From contig CACZOQ010000004.1 in the NCBI GenBank assembly GCA_902782835.1, positions 1 through 58,041 on the forward strand: 58,041 bases of DNA. Reading direction: 5' to 3'. Positions 15,891-25,975 of this stretch are shown here, piece after piece (position 1 is the stretch's first letter; each line of letters starts with the position of its first letter). The notes below the pieces were generated by a model. That model was given only the letters and a program-made list of their open reading frames with translations. It ran no database searches and was not told the DNA's origin. Source of the stretch: an uncultured Erysipelotrichaceae bacterium. Lineage in GTDB: Bacteria > Bacillota_I > Bacilli_A > RF39 > UBA660. The position numbers and the translations under genes were made by a program.

Positions 15891-18301
15891 TATTTCACAA
15901 CAATATTAACAATTTTGCCTTTAATAACAATGACTTTTACAACTTCTTTTCCTTCCAAATGCTTCATAACATTTTCACATTCCATAGCTTTTTCTTGAAT
16001 CATTTGATCATCATCATCTAATGATATTTCAATCGTACCACGTACTTTTCCATTTACTTGAACAGCAATTTCTTTGGTAGTCTCAATTGTTTTTTCCTCA
16101 TCATATTCAGGCCATGTACCCTCACAAATTGGAGAATAACCAATCATTTCATTTAATTCCTCTGTAATATGTGGTGCCATTGGATTTAATAAAACTAATA
16201 ATAAATGATAATCATCTTTAGTAATAGAATCCAAATCATCATAAGCATTCGCTAAAATCATCAAACTAGAAATAGCTGTATTATACCCCATATGAGTAAT
16301 ATCATATTCTATTTTTTTAATCGTTTTATTTTGTAATGATTCTAAAGAAGTAGTATAACCACTTAAATCATTAATTTTATCTTTTAAACGAATCACTTTA
16401 TCCAAGAATCTTCGACAGCCACGTAATGAGTCAGTACTCCATGGAGCATCCATTTGATAATCACCCATAAACATTTCATATACTCTTAACGTATCAGCAC
16501 CAAATTCTTTAATAATATCATCTGGATTAATAACATTTCCTTTTGATTTACTCATTTTCTGATTATCTGATCCTAAAACCATTCCATGAGAAACACGAGT
16601 CCAAATCATTTCTTTATGAGGAACAAGACCAATATTATATAAAAATTGAACCCAGAAACGTGCATACAACAAATGTCTAGCCGTATGTTCCATTCCACCA
16701 TTATACCAATCAACACGGTTCCAATAATTCATTTTATCCATACTAGCAAATTGTTGATCGTTATGTGGATCCATAAAGCGAAGAAAATACCATGAAGATC
16801 CAGCCCAATTAGGCATTGTATCCGTTTCTCTCTTAGCATCCCCTCCACATTTAGGACATTTGCATTTTACCCAATCTGCAATGTTAGCAAGTGGACTTTC
16901 ACCATCTTCTGTTGGCTCATATTCAGCAACATCTGGAAGTAATAAAGGTAAATCTTCCTCATTCATAGGAACCCAACCACATTTTGGACAATGAATCATA
17001 GGAATTGGTTCCCCCCAGAATCTTTGTCGAGAGAAAATCCAATCCCTCATCTTATAATTATGAACACGACGACCAATTCCCATCTTTTCAAGCTTCTCAG
17101 TAATTTTTTCTTTAGCTTCCTTAACACTCATTCCACTAAACTCTTCACTATTAACAAGCTTAGCATCTTCATCCTCAAGATACTCTTGTTTTTCAACTGC
17201 TTTTTTAGAAATATCACCAGTGGTAATAACACGAATAATCTCTAAATGATGTTCCTCAGCATATTCAAAATCTCTTTGATCATGAGCAGGTACGGCCATA
17301 ACAGCTCCAGTACCATAATCACCCAAAACAAAGTCGCCTAAATAAACAGGTACTTCCTTTCCACTGATTGGATGAATTGCTTTGATTCCCTTTACTTCAA
17401 CTCCAGTTTTACCTTTATTCAATTCAGTACGATCCATACTAGATTTCATAGAAGTCTCTTTAATATATTGCTCTACTTCTTCTTTATTTTCAACTCTTGG
17501 CATTAATTCCTTAATTAATTTACCATCTGGAGCAATTACAAAGAAAGTAATTCCATAAAGCGTTTCAATACAAGTTGTAAAGATTTGGAAAGTCCCTCCT
17601 CCAACAATTTTAATATCAACTTCTACTCCTTCACTTTTTCCAATCCAATTAATTTGACCTAATTTAACACGGTCAGCAAAGTTGGTATCATCTAATCCTT
17701 TTAATAAATCTTCAGAATAATCACTCATGCGAAGCATCCATTGACTCTTTTCTTTTTGTTCAACAGGACTACCACATCTCTCACACACACCACCAGCAGC
17801 ATCTTCATTTGATAAAACACTTTTACAAACAGGACACCAATTAACAGGAATGGTATCTTTATATGCCATCCCATGCTTATAAAACTGTAAAAATTGCCAC
17901 TGTGTCCAACGATAATATTCAGGGTCTGTAGTAGAAAACTCTCTTGCCCAGTCAAATGAAAATCCTAAAGATTTCATTTGCTTCTTAAATGTCTTTATAT
18001 TCTTTGCAACAGCCTCTTTTGGATGAATATGATTCTTAATAGCATATTGCTCCGCAGGGGCTCCAAAAGCATCCCATCCCATTGGGTATAATACATTGTA
18101 TCCTTGCATTCTCATCATTCGTGCCATAGCATCTTGTGCCGTATAACTACGAACATGTCCTACATGTAATCCAGCACCACTTGGATATGGAAACTCTACT
18201 AATATATAATATGGTTTGCCCCCGTCTTTTTCATTCACTTTAAAAGACTTATGCTTATCCCAATATGTTTGCCATTTTTTTTCTATTTCAATATGATTCA
18301 T
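15890..18301 (-). CDS. leuS: leucine--tRNA ligase
   Basis: 803 aa. FPYPSGAGLHVGHVRSY (HIGH region), KMSKSKGN (KMSKS), and the leuS-typical N-terminus NHIEIEKKWQTYW. Confidence 0.97.
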   Translation of the reverse strand: MNHIEIEKKWQTYWDKHKSFKVNEKDGGKPYYILVEFPYPSGAGLHVGHVRSYTAQDAMARMMRMQGYNVLYPMGWDAFGAPAEQYAIKNHIHPKEAVAKNIKTFKKQMKSLGFSFDWAREFSTTDPEYYRWTQWQFLQFYKHGMAYKDTIPVNWCPVCKSVLSNEDAAGGVCERCGSPVEQKEKSQWMLRMSDYSEDLLKGLDDTNFADRVKLGQINWIGKSEGVEVDIKIVGGGTFQIFTTCIETLYGITFFVIAPDGKLIKELMPRVENKEEVEQYIKETSMKSSMDRTELNKGKTGVEVKGIKAIHPISGKEVPVYLGDFVLGDYGTGAVMAVPAHDQRDFEYAEEHHLEIIRVITTGDISKKAVEKQEYLEDEDAKLVNSEEFSGMSVKEAKEKITEKLEKMGIGRRVHNYKMRDWIFSRQRFWGEPIPMIHCPKCGWVPMNEEDLPLLLPDVAEYEPTEDGESPLANIADWVKCKCPKCGGDAKRETDTMPNWAGSSWYFLRFMDPHNDQQFASMDKMNYWNRVDWYNGGMEHTARHLLYARFWVQFLYNIGLVPHKEMIWTRVSHGMVLGSDNQKMSKSKGNVINPDDIIKEFGADTLRVYEMFMGDYQMDAPWSTDSLRGCRRFLDKVIRLKDKINDLSGYTTSLESLQNKTIKKIEYDITHMGYNTAISSLMILANAYDDLDSITKDDYHLLLVLLNPMAPHITEELNEMIGYSPICEGTWPEYDEEKTIETTKEIAVQVNGKVRGTIEISLDDDDQMIQEKAMECENVMKHLEGKEVVKVIVIKGKIVNIVVK

Positions 18302-18657
18302 TTTTTAATCATTCCTTTCTTCTTATAAAACAAATATACTAAATGATAACTAAGCAAGATAATCACTAAAGTAGCTATAAAACCTACAATTACTTCTAAT
18401 ATAAAATTCTTTAACAATAAAATGATACTTACCACTAACGATATATCAAATGAAGACACCAACGCTACAATTTGTAAGAGTTGATTATAATGAACTTTTT
18501 TTAAGTCCAAATGATACTTACGTACTAAATATGATATTTCTATAGGATCTTTTTTTCCTTTCTTTCCATGATTTTTTTTCGCTCTGCGAACAATAAAAAA
18601 CTGATAAATCAAGAAAACAAAAACAAAACTTAACAAAAACAATAATAGTTCTTCCAT
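18298..18657 (-). CDS. small membrane protein (three hydrophobic segments), first cistron of the leuS operon
   Basis: ATG at 18657 lies 5 nt after GGAGG. The track's upstream TTG sits inside the RBS. Its stop TGA overlaps the leuS ATG as ATGA (18298-18301). Confidence 0.6.
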   Translation of the reverse strand: MEELLLFLLSFVFVFLIYQFFIVRRAKKNHGKKGKKDPIEISYLVRKYHLDLKKVHYNQLLQIVALVSSFDISLVVSIILLLKNFILEVIVGFIATLVIILLSYHLVYLFYKKKGMIKK

Positions 18658-18667
18658 AAAAACCTCC

Positions 18668-18867
18668 AAAAAAAAGCAATCACCCTATAAGGACGATTGC
18701 TCGCGGTACCACCTTAATTTATAAGAATTCTTATACTCTCATTATTGATAACGGAATTACCCATTTGCTCAAAAGACAAGTTCATAAAAAACTATTCTCT
18801 ATTTTCACCAACCATAGAGTCTCTACAGATAGTTATTTCACTACTACTTCTTTTTCATCACAAAATA
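18668..18867 (-). promoter_or_regulatory. T-box riboswitch leader, Leu specifier CUU
   Basis: Minus strand AGAGA, GGTGAAAA distal loop, GAA-CUU-G specifier (CUU at 18778-18780), GGTGGTACCGCG at 18702-18713. Terminator GCAATCGTCC..GGGTGATTGC plus T run. An extended -10 (TGtTATAAT) is at 18875-18883. Confidence 0.85.
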
Positions 18868-18916
18868 TAAGACTATTATAACATAAAAGGAAAAAAAACC
18901 AACAAAAAAAAACAGA

Positions 18917-19720
18917 TTAATTCTGTTTTTTTAAGTTCTTCTTCCATTCTGTACCATAATAGTGATCATAATGAATATCAACAATTGCATTTTCAAATGA
19001 ATCTAAATCATTAGAATACAAAGATCCCAAATTTTCCAAAGAAGTGCGTTCCATAGAATCAACACCAAAATATTTTTGATTTAAACGTTCCTCTAATACT
19101 TTAGCGGGAATTCGTTTATAACCATCATCTGAAAATTCACACAATACTCCACCTGGATATCTAAACAAAATGGCCTTTTCTTCTGATGTCAATCCAATAT
19201 ATTCACCATCTTTTCTAGAAAGTGCAATTAAACAACTTTTTAAAGCTTCATCATTACCAAAATTATTTCTTAAAAAATCAATAATAGAACTTTCATCTGC
19301 CATAGAAGTCATTTGAAAGCTAGTCAATAACTTTAATGTATCTTCTCCCCCATCTCTTGTAAGACCTAAAAGAAAATCAAAATGATCTAAAATCTTTGTA
19401 CAAATCAAATCAGAATCTTCTAAAGAAACTCCTTCTATAGAATCAAGCCAAAAATCTATATTTCCCTGAAAAAAACACAAAGAACCATACTTTCTAGCTA
19501 ATTGATAGATTTCTTTTCGTTCTGAATCATTTACACCTATTAGAGTATCTGATAAGAATTCCTCATCAAAATCACCATTCAACAAATGTCTTAACAAAAC
19601 CTCACATAATTCAACGGAATACTCAAAACCGGATCTTTGAGAAAGAGAAAGTTCTTCCAAAAAATGTATAATTGTTGCTTGTTCCAATTTTTCCAATCTC
19701 TTCATATATACCGCAGTCAT
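18917..19720 (-). CDS. hypothetical cytoplasmic protein
   Basis: Long ORF with no recognised motif. Start moved to MTAVY (ATG at 19720), 9 nt after AGGAGG. Confidence 0.5.
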   Translation of the reverse strand: MTAVYMKRLEKLEQATIIHFLEELSLSQRSGFEYSVELCEVLLRHLLNGDFDEEFLSDTLIGVNDSERKEIYQLARKYGSLCFFQGNIDFWLDSIEGVSLEDSDLICTKILDHFDFLLGLTRDGGEDTLKLLTSFQMTSMADESSIIDFLRNNFGNDEALKSCLIALSRKDGEYIGLTSEEKAILFRYPGGVLCEFSDDGYKRIPAKVLEERLNQKYFGVDSMERTSLENLGSLYSNDLDSFENAIVDIHYDHYYGTEWKKNLKKQN

Positions 19721-19733
19721 ACAACAAAACCTC

Positions 19734-22154
19734 CTAGAATTCGCCAATATAGTCTAGTAATTTTAAGAATAAATTCATGTATTCTGCAGAAAGTCCTTTT
19801 TTCTTTAACTTACGCAAACCAATACGTTTTTTATCAATTGGTAATTCACCAAAGATAATATCAGCGATTTCTTCCTTTAAATATGTCTCAATCTTAAGAT
19901 CCATCAAAATACTATCCAAATCATCATTGATCAAACGAACAGCATCAATTTCAATATCTTTTCCTTTACAGTTAATAGTTAATTGACCAATCGTTGGAAC
20001 ATTTTGAACTTCAACAATAAAATCATTTCCTTCAACATAATTTTCTGCATTTAGTTTTTCTGCATTAAAGTAAATTGTAACACTATCAGCTTGTTTAGTA
20101 TTACGGAAAACCATCTTATAATTTCTACGTTCTGGTACAATTCCACTTTTTCCATCAATGGAACGAATAATAACTGTATAATTATTACGAAGATAGTTAT
20201 AGTCGATAGATGTTTTTAAATAATATCCCTCCCGATATAAAGAAGTAATTCCATCATCTTCATAAAGCGTATAGGTATTACTTGCGCCAGGGAATATTTG
20301 AATTTCCAAATCGGTAGGAAGACCTACATTATTATAATCACTTCGATTTGAGAAAGGAACAATCGAACCAGAATGTGCAAAAACTGGATAATCATCTTCT
20401 TTAAAGAAAGAAACGTATTTCTTATTTCCAGGGAATTTTTTACCAGTAACAAAGTCATACCAAGTTCCATCTGGAACAAAGAAACGATGAATAGTACGAT
20501 TCATAATTGGATCTTTTGGTTCCAAAATAGGACAAACTAATAACTGTGATCCCAAATAATACTGATTACGATATAAATCATCATCATAAACCCACATATA
20601 ATTATAATAGAATGGCTGAATCAAAGGAATACCAGATTTCGTATAATTATAAGCTTCCGTATATAGATATGGAATTAAACGGTGACGAAGACGTAAATAG
20701 TCAGCAGCAATACTTTCTGTTTCCGCATCCCATACCCAAGGTTCCTTTTTATAATAACGGCCACGAGCACCATGGAAACGAAGAATTGGACCAAATGTAC
20801 TTAACTGAACATATCGTACATAAAGTTCTCCATCTTCAATACCGCCATGGTTTCCACCAACATCATGACTCCACCAACTAACACCAATATTAGCTGCATT
20901 TAAATACTTAAAAGGCAATTCCTTTAAATGCTTCCAACTAATTTCACTCGAACCACCATACAAAACAGGATAACGATGAGGTGCATAAATTCCACCTCTA
21001 CCTAAAATCAAAGCCCTCTTTTCATTCGTACGTCCAGAATCCAAATACATATAGTGATTTAGAGCCCATAATTTATTCACATCCATTTGACCATCAGAAT
21101 CATTCCAAAAGAAATCTACTCCCAAAGCTTCCAAAGGATGAAGAAGCATCTTAAATAATACATCCATTAATTTTGGATTTAAAGGGTCAAAATCAACTAC
21201 AGTAGGTGCTTGTAATTGTAAAAACTCACTAATTTGTGGAAAATACTGTTCAAACGGATATATTCCATTTGTTGGATTAATACATAAACCAACACGAATA
21301 CCACGTCGATGAAATTCATTAATCAAAGCTGAAGGATTAGGAAATAACTCAGGATTAAACGTAAATCCAGTCTTTAGATTTTGATAATCCCCCCAATTAC
21401 GAATATGCCAATCATGATCAAATAGCATGACAGAGATTGGTATTTTTTTTCTTTCAAAATTACGAATTAAATCTTTAGCCCCTTGTTCATCGTATTGAAC
21501 ATTACGACTCCACCAGTTTCCTAATGCATATCTAGGAATCAAGGAAGGTGCTCCCGTCATTTTAAAATAATCAAACAAAACCTGTTTAAAATCTTTATCA
21601 TACATAAAAACATATATATCAAGATGATTCTCTAATGGATTCTCTAAAGTTCCATCTTCCATTACCACTTTTCCATAAGAATCATCAAAAGACACAAATC
21701 CATCTAAAGAATATAGTCCTTTTTGTAATATTTTAGGAACATCAACATCAACACCAACCATATTACCATACATATTGCGTGCTTCAGGATGCCCAACATA
21801 CCAGTCTTTGCAACGATCTCTTTCACGCGAAAGTAGCGTAATCTTTAAATTACGCATAGGATCTACTTTTGTACCTATAAAAGGTTGTCCCTTTATATAG
21901 CTTAAAGAAAAATACTTAGTAGTGATTTCCACAATCGATGCATCTTGACGAACTGAAAAATCAGGTAACCCAATATTTCGTTTCTTAATAAGTTGCGTAG
22001 GTCGATCATTAAACTGTCCATTAGGAGAAAACTCAAGTCGAACGATTCTTTCGGAAATGATAGAAATCCGATAATTAGCCCCTTCAACAACAGCTTTCTT
22101 ATCACTTTTAGCCTTTGTATAATCTACTTCAAATTGTTTTCCAAGTGGATACAT
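19734..22154 (-). CDS. glycoside hydrolase family 31 (alpha-glucosidase / alpha-xylosidase type)
   Basis: GVDFFWNDSDG and VSWWSHDVGG catalytic-region signatures. Start moved to MYPLGK after AAGAAGGTG. Confidence 0.8.
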   Translation of the reverse strand: MYPLGKQFEVDYTKAKSDKKAVVEGANYRISIISERIVRLEFSPNGQFNDRPTQLIKKRNIGLPDFSVRQDASIVEITTKYFSLSYIKGQPFIGTKVDPMRNLKITLLSRERDRCKDWYVGHPEARNMYGNMVGVDVDVPKILQKGLYSLDGFVSFDDSYGKVVMEDGTLENPLENHLDIYVFMYDKDFKQVLFDYFKMTGAPSLIPRYALGNWWSRNVQYDEQGAKDLIRNFERKKIPISVMLFDHDWHIRNWGDYQNLKTGFTFNPELFPNPSALINEFHRRGIRVGLCINPTNGIYPFEQYFPQISEFLQLQAPTVVDFDPLNPKLMDVLFKMLLHPLEALGVDFFWNDSDGQMDVNKLWALNHYMYLDSGRTNEKRALILGRGGIYAPHRYPVLYGGSSEISWKHLKELPFKYLNAANIGVSWWSHDVGGNHGGIEDGELYVRYVQLSTFGPILRFHGARGRYYKKEPWVWDAETESIAADYLRLRHRLIPYLYTEAYNYTKSGIPLIQPFYYNYMWVYDDDLYRNQYYLGSQLLVCPILEPKDPIMNRTIHRFFVPDGTWYDFVTGKKFPGNKKYVSFFKEDDYPVFAHSGSIVPFSNRSDYNNVGLPTDLEIQIFPGASNTYTLYEDDGITSLYREGYYLKTSIDYNYLRNNYTVIIRSIDGKSGIVPERRNYKMVFRNTKQADSVTIYFNAEKLNAENYVEGNDFIVEVQNVPTIGQLTINCKGKDIEIDAVRLINDDLDSILMDLKIETYLKEEIADIIFGELPIDKKRIGLRKLKKKGLSAEYMNLFLKLLDYIGEF

Positions 22155-22245
22155 ACCAAACACCTTCTTATTACTCTATTAACATAATAACATAAAAGAA
22201 GAAATAATAAAAGAAAAAAAGATAGAACAAATTCTATCTTAACAC

Positions 22246-23373
22246 TTACTTATCTAAAAACATAACCCAATATTCTTCTAAAGTCATATCATGTTCATGA
22301 ATATAAGTAGCAATATCTTCTCCAACATATCGATAATGCCACGGTTCATTACGAAAACCTGTCAAATACTCATATTTAGTTGTAAATCGACGTATAAAAC
22401 CATATTTATAGGCATTCTCTTGCATCCATTCATATTCTTTACTATTTCCAAATACATTAACACTACGACTTCCGATATCATAAGCAAGACCTGTCTGGTG
22501 TTCGGAATAACCAGGCTTAGCAATATATTTATCCACATAAGATTGACCATAAGCTTTTAAATAAAAATTAGATAAATCAACCTGGTCTTGATAACTACGA
22601 TAAGCAGAATTAATGACAATACCATATCCTTCTTTTTCAGCAGCATCACTCATCTTTTTATAAGCATTATACGCTATCTTACTAGATTGAAGTCCATCTT
22701 CAGAAGCATATTTCGAATCGATATCTACTAAATCATATGGAGCAAACTTCTCACTCAAATGATGATGTTTATTAACTAACATATCAGGCGAAAAAGAACT
22801 AACTAATGTACTATCAACGTAATCTTCTTTGTCAAGATCTAAATTGACAAATAATACTGTAACATCCTCATCTTCACCAGTATCATCTGAATATTGAGTA
22901 TAACGATCATAATAATCTAATTTTGCATAATCAATACTAAAGAATTCTTCAAGATAACGTACTTTATCTCTTTTTAAAAAATTCTCAACAGCAGCATCAT
23001 TACCATGAGCAAAAATAATATTGATATCACTATTACTATAACCAATCTGAATCATTTTATTAATGTGTGAAATAAAATGTTTCTGATTAACAAAATCAAT
23101 TTTTCGATATCGATCTAAATTTTCTTCAATATAATCATCACTTTCAAAAGCCGCATTCAAACTTTCATTCTTACCAACAGATAAAACATAATCTTTTTTA
23201 AAAGAAAACAATATCGTACGACTAGCTACTTTACTATATCCAAGTTTTGTCAAGTCATTGATTTGTTTACAATAAAACAAAAATACTACTAAAAAAATAC
23301 CTAAAAGAATTCCAAATACTTTTAATAACATAGCAAACTTAGGTTTTAATTTAATCTTATGAACCTTTCTCAA
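22246..23373 (-). CDS. membrane-anchored D-alanyl-D-alanine carboxypeptidase, VanY / peptidase M15B family
   Basis: SAYRSYQDQ, AKPGYSEHQTGLAYDI, EPWHYRYVG. TTG start 7 nt after AGGTGA. Confidence 0.8.
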   Translation of the reverse strand: MRKVHKIKLKPKFAMLLKVFGILLGIFLVVFLFYCKQINDLTKLGYSKVASRTILFSFKKDYVLSVGKNESLNAAFESDDYIEENLDRYRKIDFVNQKHFISHINKMIQIGYSNSDINIIFAHGNDAAVENFLKRDKVRYLEEFFSIDYAKLDYYDRYTQYSDDTGEDEDVTVLFVNLDLDKEDYVDSTLVSSFSPDMLVNKHHHLSEKFAPYDLVDIDSKYASEDGLQSSKIAYNAYKKMSDAAEKEGYGIVINSAYRSYQDQVDLSNFYLKAYGQSYVDKYIAKPGYSEHQTGLAYDIGSRSVNVFGNSKEYEWMQENAYKYGFIRRFTTKYEYLTGFRNEPWHYRYVGEDIATYIHEHDMTLEEYWVMFLDK

Positions 23374-23407
23374 ATGATATCACCTATTTTAATAATACCA
23401 CAAATCA

Positions 23408-23436
23408 TTGCAAAAAAATAGGTTTTATGGTATAAT
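23408..23436 (+). promoter_or_regulatory. sigma-A type promoter of the kinase-like / radical SAM operon
   Basis: TTGCAA, 17 nt spacer, TATAAT. Confidence 0.6.
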
Positions 23437-23464
23437 AAGCACGTTTAAAAAGGGGGATAATTCA

Positions 23465-24181
23465 ATGATTTACTATGTAGGAGAAGAAGAGAAAAATATA
23501 CCTGTAGAAAAAGAACCTTATAGTAAAGGTAGTGAAGGTAAAATTTATAAATGTGGTAAGGAAGTATATAAGATTTATTATGAAAACGCCCTAAATGAAG
23601 GATATGGAAATAAAGAAAATTCTCATCAATACTTATTAACAGTACCTACCAAACAAATAATTCTTCCTGAAAAACTAATATATACAACCGATAGAAAATA
23701 TAAAGGTTATAGTTGCCGTTTAATCCCAGGAGCAAAAAGAAAACAAACAGGTATTACTCAATTACCATCAATACTATTTATCAAAAATTTAAAAATACTA
23801 GAAACAGATTTTGATGTGCTATCAGAACATTATGTTTTAGCACAAGATGTAACACCTGTTAATTATATACTAAATCGAGTAACAAACGAAATGACTATTA
23901 TAGATCCAGGAAGATATAAACATCACTGTCTATCTACACCAGATTCTTATAGATCATTAAATAATAATCAATTAGATAGTTTAATAACATTACTATTATA
24001 TCTAGATTTTATAGAATATAAACCAATGAATACAAAAAGAAAAATTCAAGTTCTAAGGGATTATATAGAGAAATTAAAAAGAAAAGAGGATTGTCGTTAT
24101 AGTGAATTTTTCGAAGAACAATTAAAAGACTTTGAAACTGTACATGAATATGCAAAATCACTAAAAAGATATATAAAATAA
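23465..24181 (+). CDS. small protein-kinase-like fold protein, unknown function
   Basis: GSEGKIYKCGKEVYKIY (Gly-rich loop plus Lys), LAQDVTPVNYIL (D..N catalytic-loop-like), IIDPGRY (DFG-like). The track's TTG start at 23408 is the -35 box, so the start is set at the ATG after GGGGGA. Confidence 0.5.
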   Translation: MIYYVGEEEKNIPVEKEPYSKGSEGKIYKCGKEVYKIYYENALNEGYGNKENSHQYLLTVPTKQIILPEKLIYTTDRKYKGYSCRLIPGAKRKQTGITQLPSILFIKNLKILETDFDVLSEHYVLAQDVTPVNYILNRVTNEMTIIDPGRYKHHCLSTPDSYRSLNNNQLDSLITLLLYLDFIEYKPMNTKRKIQVLRDYIEKLKRKEDCRYSEFFEEQLKDFETVHEYAKSLKRYIK

Positions 24182-24191
24182 CGAAAGCAAT

Positions 24192-24647
24192 ATGAAAAAC
24201 AATAAAAAATATGAAGGAAAAACATATAAATTTAAAAAAAATAGTATTATAAAAACGAAAAAAAAATACAATCAAACCTATCAATATGTATTAGAAATGA
24301 TATTAAAATATACAACTAGAAAAAAAGCATTTTTAAAAATAATAAAAATAGATGAAGAAAAGAATACAAATCAATTACTAATGAGAATAATGGAATCCAC
24401 AGCAAAAGATTTTAAACTAGATAATAATCAAATTTACAGTTATAATAAATTTAATAGAAAAATAATTAAAGAATTCAATAAACAACGAAAACTAGAAAAA
24501 AAGAATCAAATTGAAATTAAACTAAAAATTGTAAAATTATACAAAATGATTGAACAAAAAGATTTCAAAGATTTAAGAAAAATTGCTTTTGAAAAACCAA
24601 ATGATTTTTTAAAAGCCTTATATTTATATACAATATGTGAGGACTAA
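24192..24647 (+). CDS. lysine-rich hypothetical protein
   Basis: 151 aa, very basic, no known motif. Tightly packed between its neighbours. Confidence 0.4.
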   Translation: MKNNKKYEGKTYKFKKNSIIKTKKKYNQTYQYVLEMILKYTTRKKAFLKIIKIDEEKNTNQLLMRIMESTAKDFKLDNNQIYSYNKFNRKIIKEFNKQRKLEKKNQIEIKLKIVKLYKMIEQKDFKDLRKIAFEKPNDFLKALYLYTICED

Positions 24648-24648
24648 T

Positions 24649-25581
24649 ATGAATCAATTCCAATATTCAAATTCAAATAAAAGATATCATACTTTAGATT
24701 ACTATTATAAAAATAGATTTGGAGAAAAAATCTTTAAAGTAAGTCTAAATGCAGGGTTTTCATGCCCTAACATTGATGGTACTGTAGGCAGTGGTGGATG
24801 TATATACTGTTCGAAAAGCGGTAGTGGAGAATTTGGAGGAAATAAAAAAGATTCACTAGAAAAACAATTTCAAATAATAAAAAATAAAATGCATAAGAAA
24901 TGGAAAGAAGCTAAATATATTGCATATTTTCAAGCACGTACAAACACCTATGCACCAGTTGAAAAGCTTAAAGAAATATATGAAAGAGTTTTAAAAATAA
25001 AGAATGTGGTAGGGATCAATATTGCCACTCGACCAGACGCTATTACTGAAGAGTGTTTAGATTATTTAGAAGAACTAAATAAGAAAACCTATTTAACTAT
25101 AGAATTAGGATTACAAACAACCAATGAAAAAACATCCATATTAATCAATCGATGCCATACCCTAAATTGTTTTGAAACCATGGTTAAAAAATTAAGAGAA
25201 AAAAAAATAGATGTAGTAGTTCATATTATAAATGGACTACCCTATGAAACAAAAGAAGACATGATAAACACTATAAAATACTTAAATAAACTAGATATTC
25301 AAGGAATTAAAATTCACATGCTCAGTATTTTAAAAAATACAACAATAGAAGAACTATTCAAAAAAGAAAAATTTAAAATTTTATCCAAAGAAGAATACAT
25401 TGATATCGTCATAGAACAATTAGAAAACCTAAGACCCGAAATAGTAATCCATAGAATTACAGGAGACCCAGATCCTAATGAATTAATAGAACCATTTTGG
25501 TTAATAAAAAAATTTTGTGTATTAAATGATATAGATAAAGAAATGGTAAAAAGGGATACCTATCAAGGAGCAAAACTATGA
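24649..25581 (+). CDS. radical SAM protein, TIGR01212 (YhcC-like) family
   Basis: FSCPNIDGTVGSGGCIYCS cluster motif and overall length. ATG at 24649 follows GAGGA. Confidence 0.8.
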   Translation: MNQFQYSNSNKRYHTLDYYYKNRFGEKIFKVSLNAGFSCPNIDGTVGSGGCIYCSKSGSGEFGGNKKDSLEKQFQIIKNKMHKKWKEAKYIAYFQARTNTYAPVEKLKEIYERVLKIKNVVGINIATRPDAITEECLDYLEELNKKTYLTIELGLQTTNEKTSILINRCHTLNCFETMVKKLREKKIDVVVHIINGLPYETKEDMINTIKYLNKLDIQGIKIHMLSILKNTTIEELFKKEKFKILSKEEYIDIVIEQLENLRPEIVIHRITGDPDPNELIEPFWLIKKFCVLNDIDKEMVKRDTYQGAKL

Positions 25582-25835
25582 GTCCCCTTCAACTATATAT
25601 TATTGGAATGAATTTATTCTCATTCATCCTAATGGGATGGGATAAACTTAGCGCAATCAAAGGAAAATGGCGAATCAGTGAAAAAGTATTATTAAGTATT
25701 TCATTATTAGGAGGAAGTATAGGAACTCTATTTGGAATGTTAATTTTTCATCATAAAACAAAGAAACCATTATTTCAAATAATAATTCCATTATCCATAC
25801 TAATAAATGGAATAATCATTTACTTCTATCAATAA
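25578..25835 (+). CDS. DUF1294-like small membrane protein
   Basis: 85 aa. GWDKLSAIKGKWRISEK and GGSIGTLFGMLIFHHKTKK are typical of DUF1294. ATGA overlap with the upstream gene. Confidence 0.65.
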   Translation: MSPLQLYIIGMNLFSFILMGWDKLSAIKGKWRISEKVLLSISLLGGSIGTLFGMLIFHHKTKKPLFQIIIPLSILINGIIIYFYQ

Positions 25836-25861
25836 GTATTACTAAGAGTAATACTTTTTTA
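25835..25861 (+). terminator. rho-independent terminator
   Basis: Perfect 9-bp stem AGTATTACT-AAG-AGTAATACT followed by TTTTTT. Confidence 0.8.
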
Positions 25862-25921
25862 TTTCAAGCATATAAATCATTGTAAAATAGACAAATTCCA
25901 TTAGAAAAAAACCATTATTTC

Positions 25922-25950
25922 TTGTTAAGTCGAAAAAACTAGTTTATAAT
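25922..25950 (+). promoter_or_regulatory. sigma-A type promoter
   Basis: TTGTTA, 17 nt spacer, TATAAT. Confidence 0.55.
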
Positions 25951-25975
25951 GATAAGTAAGATAGGAGCTGTGCTT

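Noticed and set aside
23408-23464. Track start (TTG at 23408) for the kinase-like ORF
   Set aside because: That TTG is the first base of a TTGCAA-17-TATAAT promoter. The ATG at 23465 follows a GGGGGA RBS.
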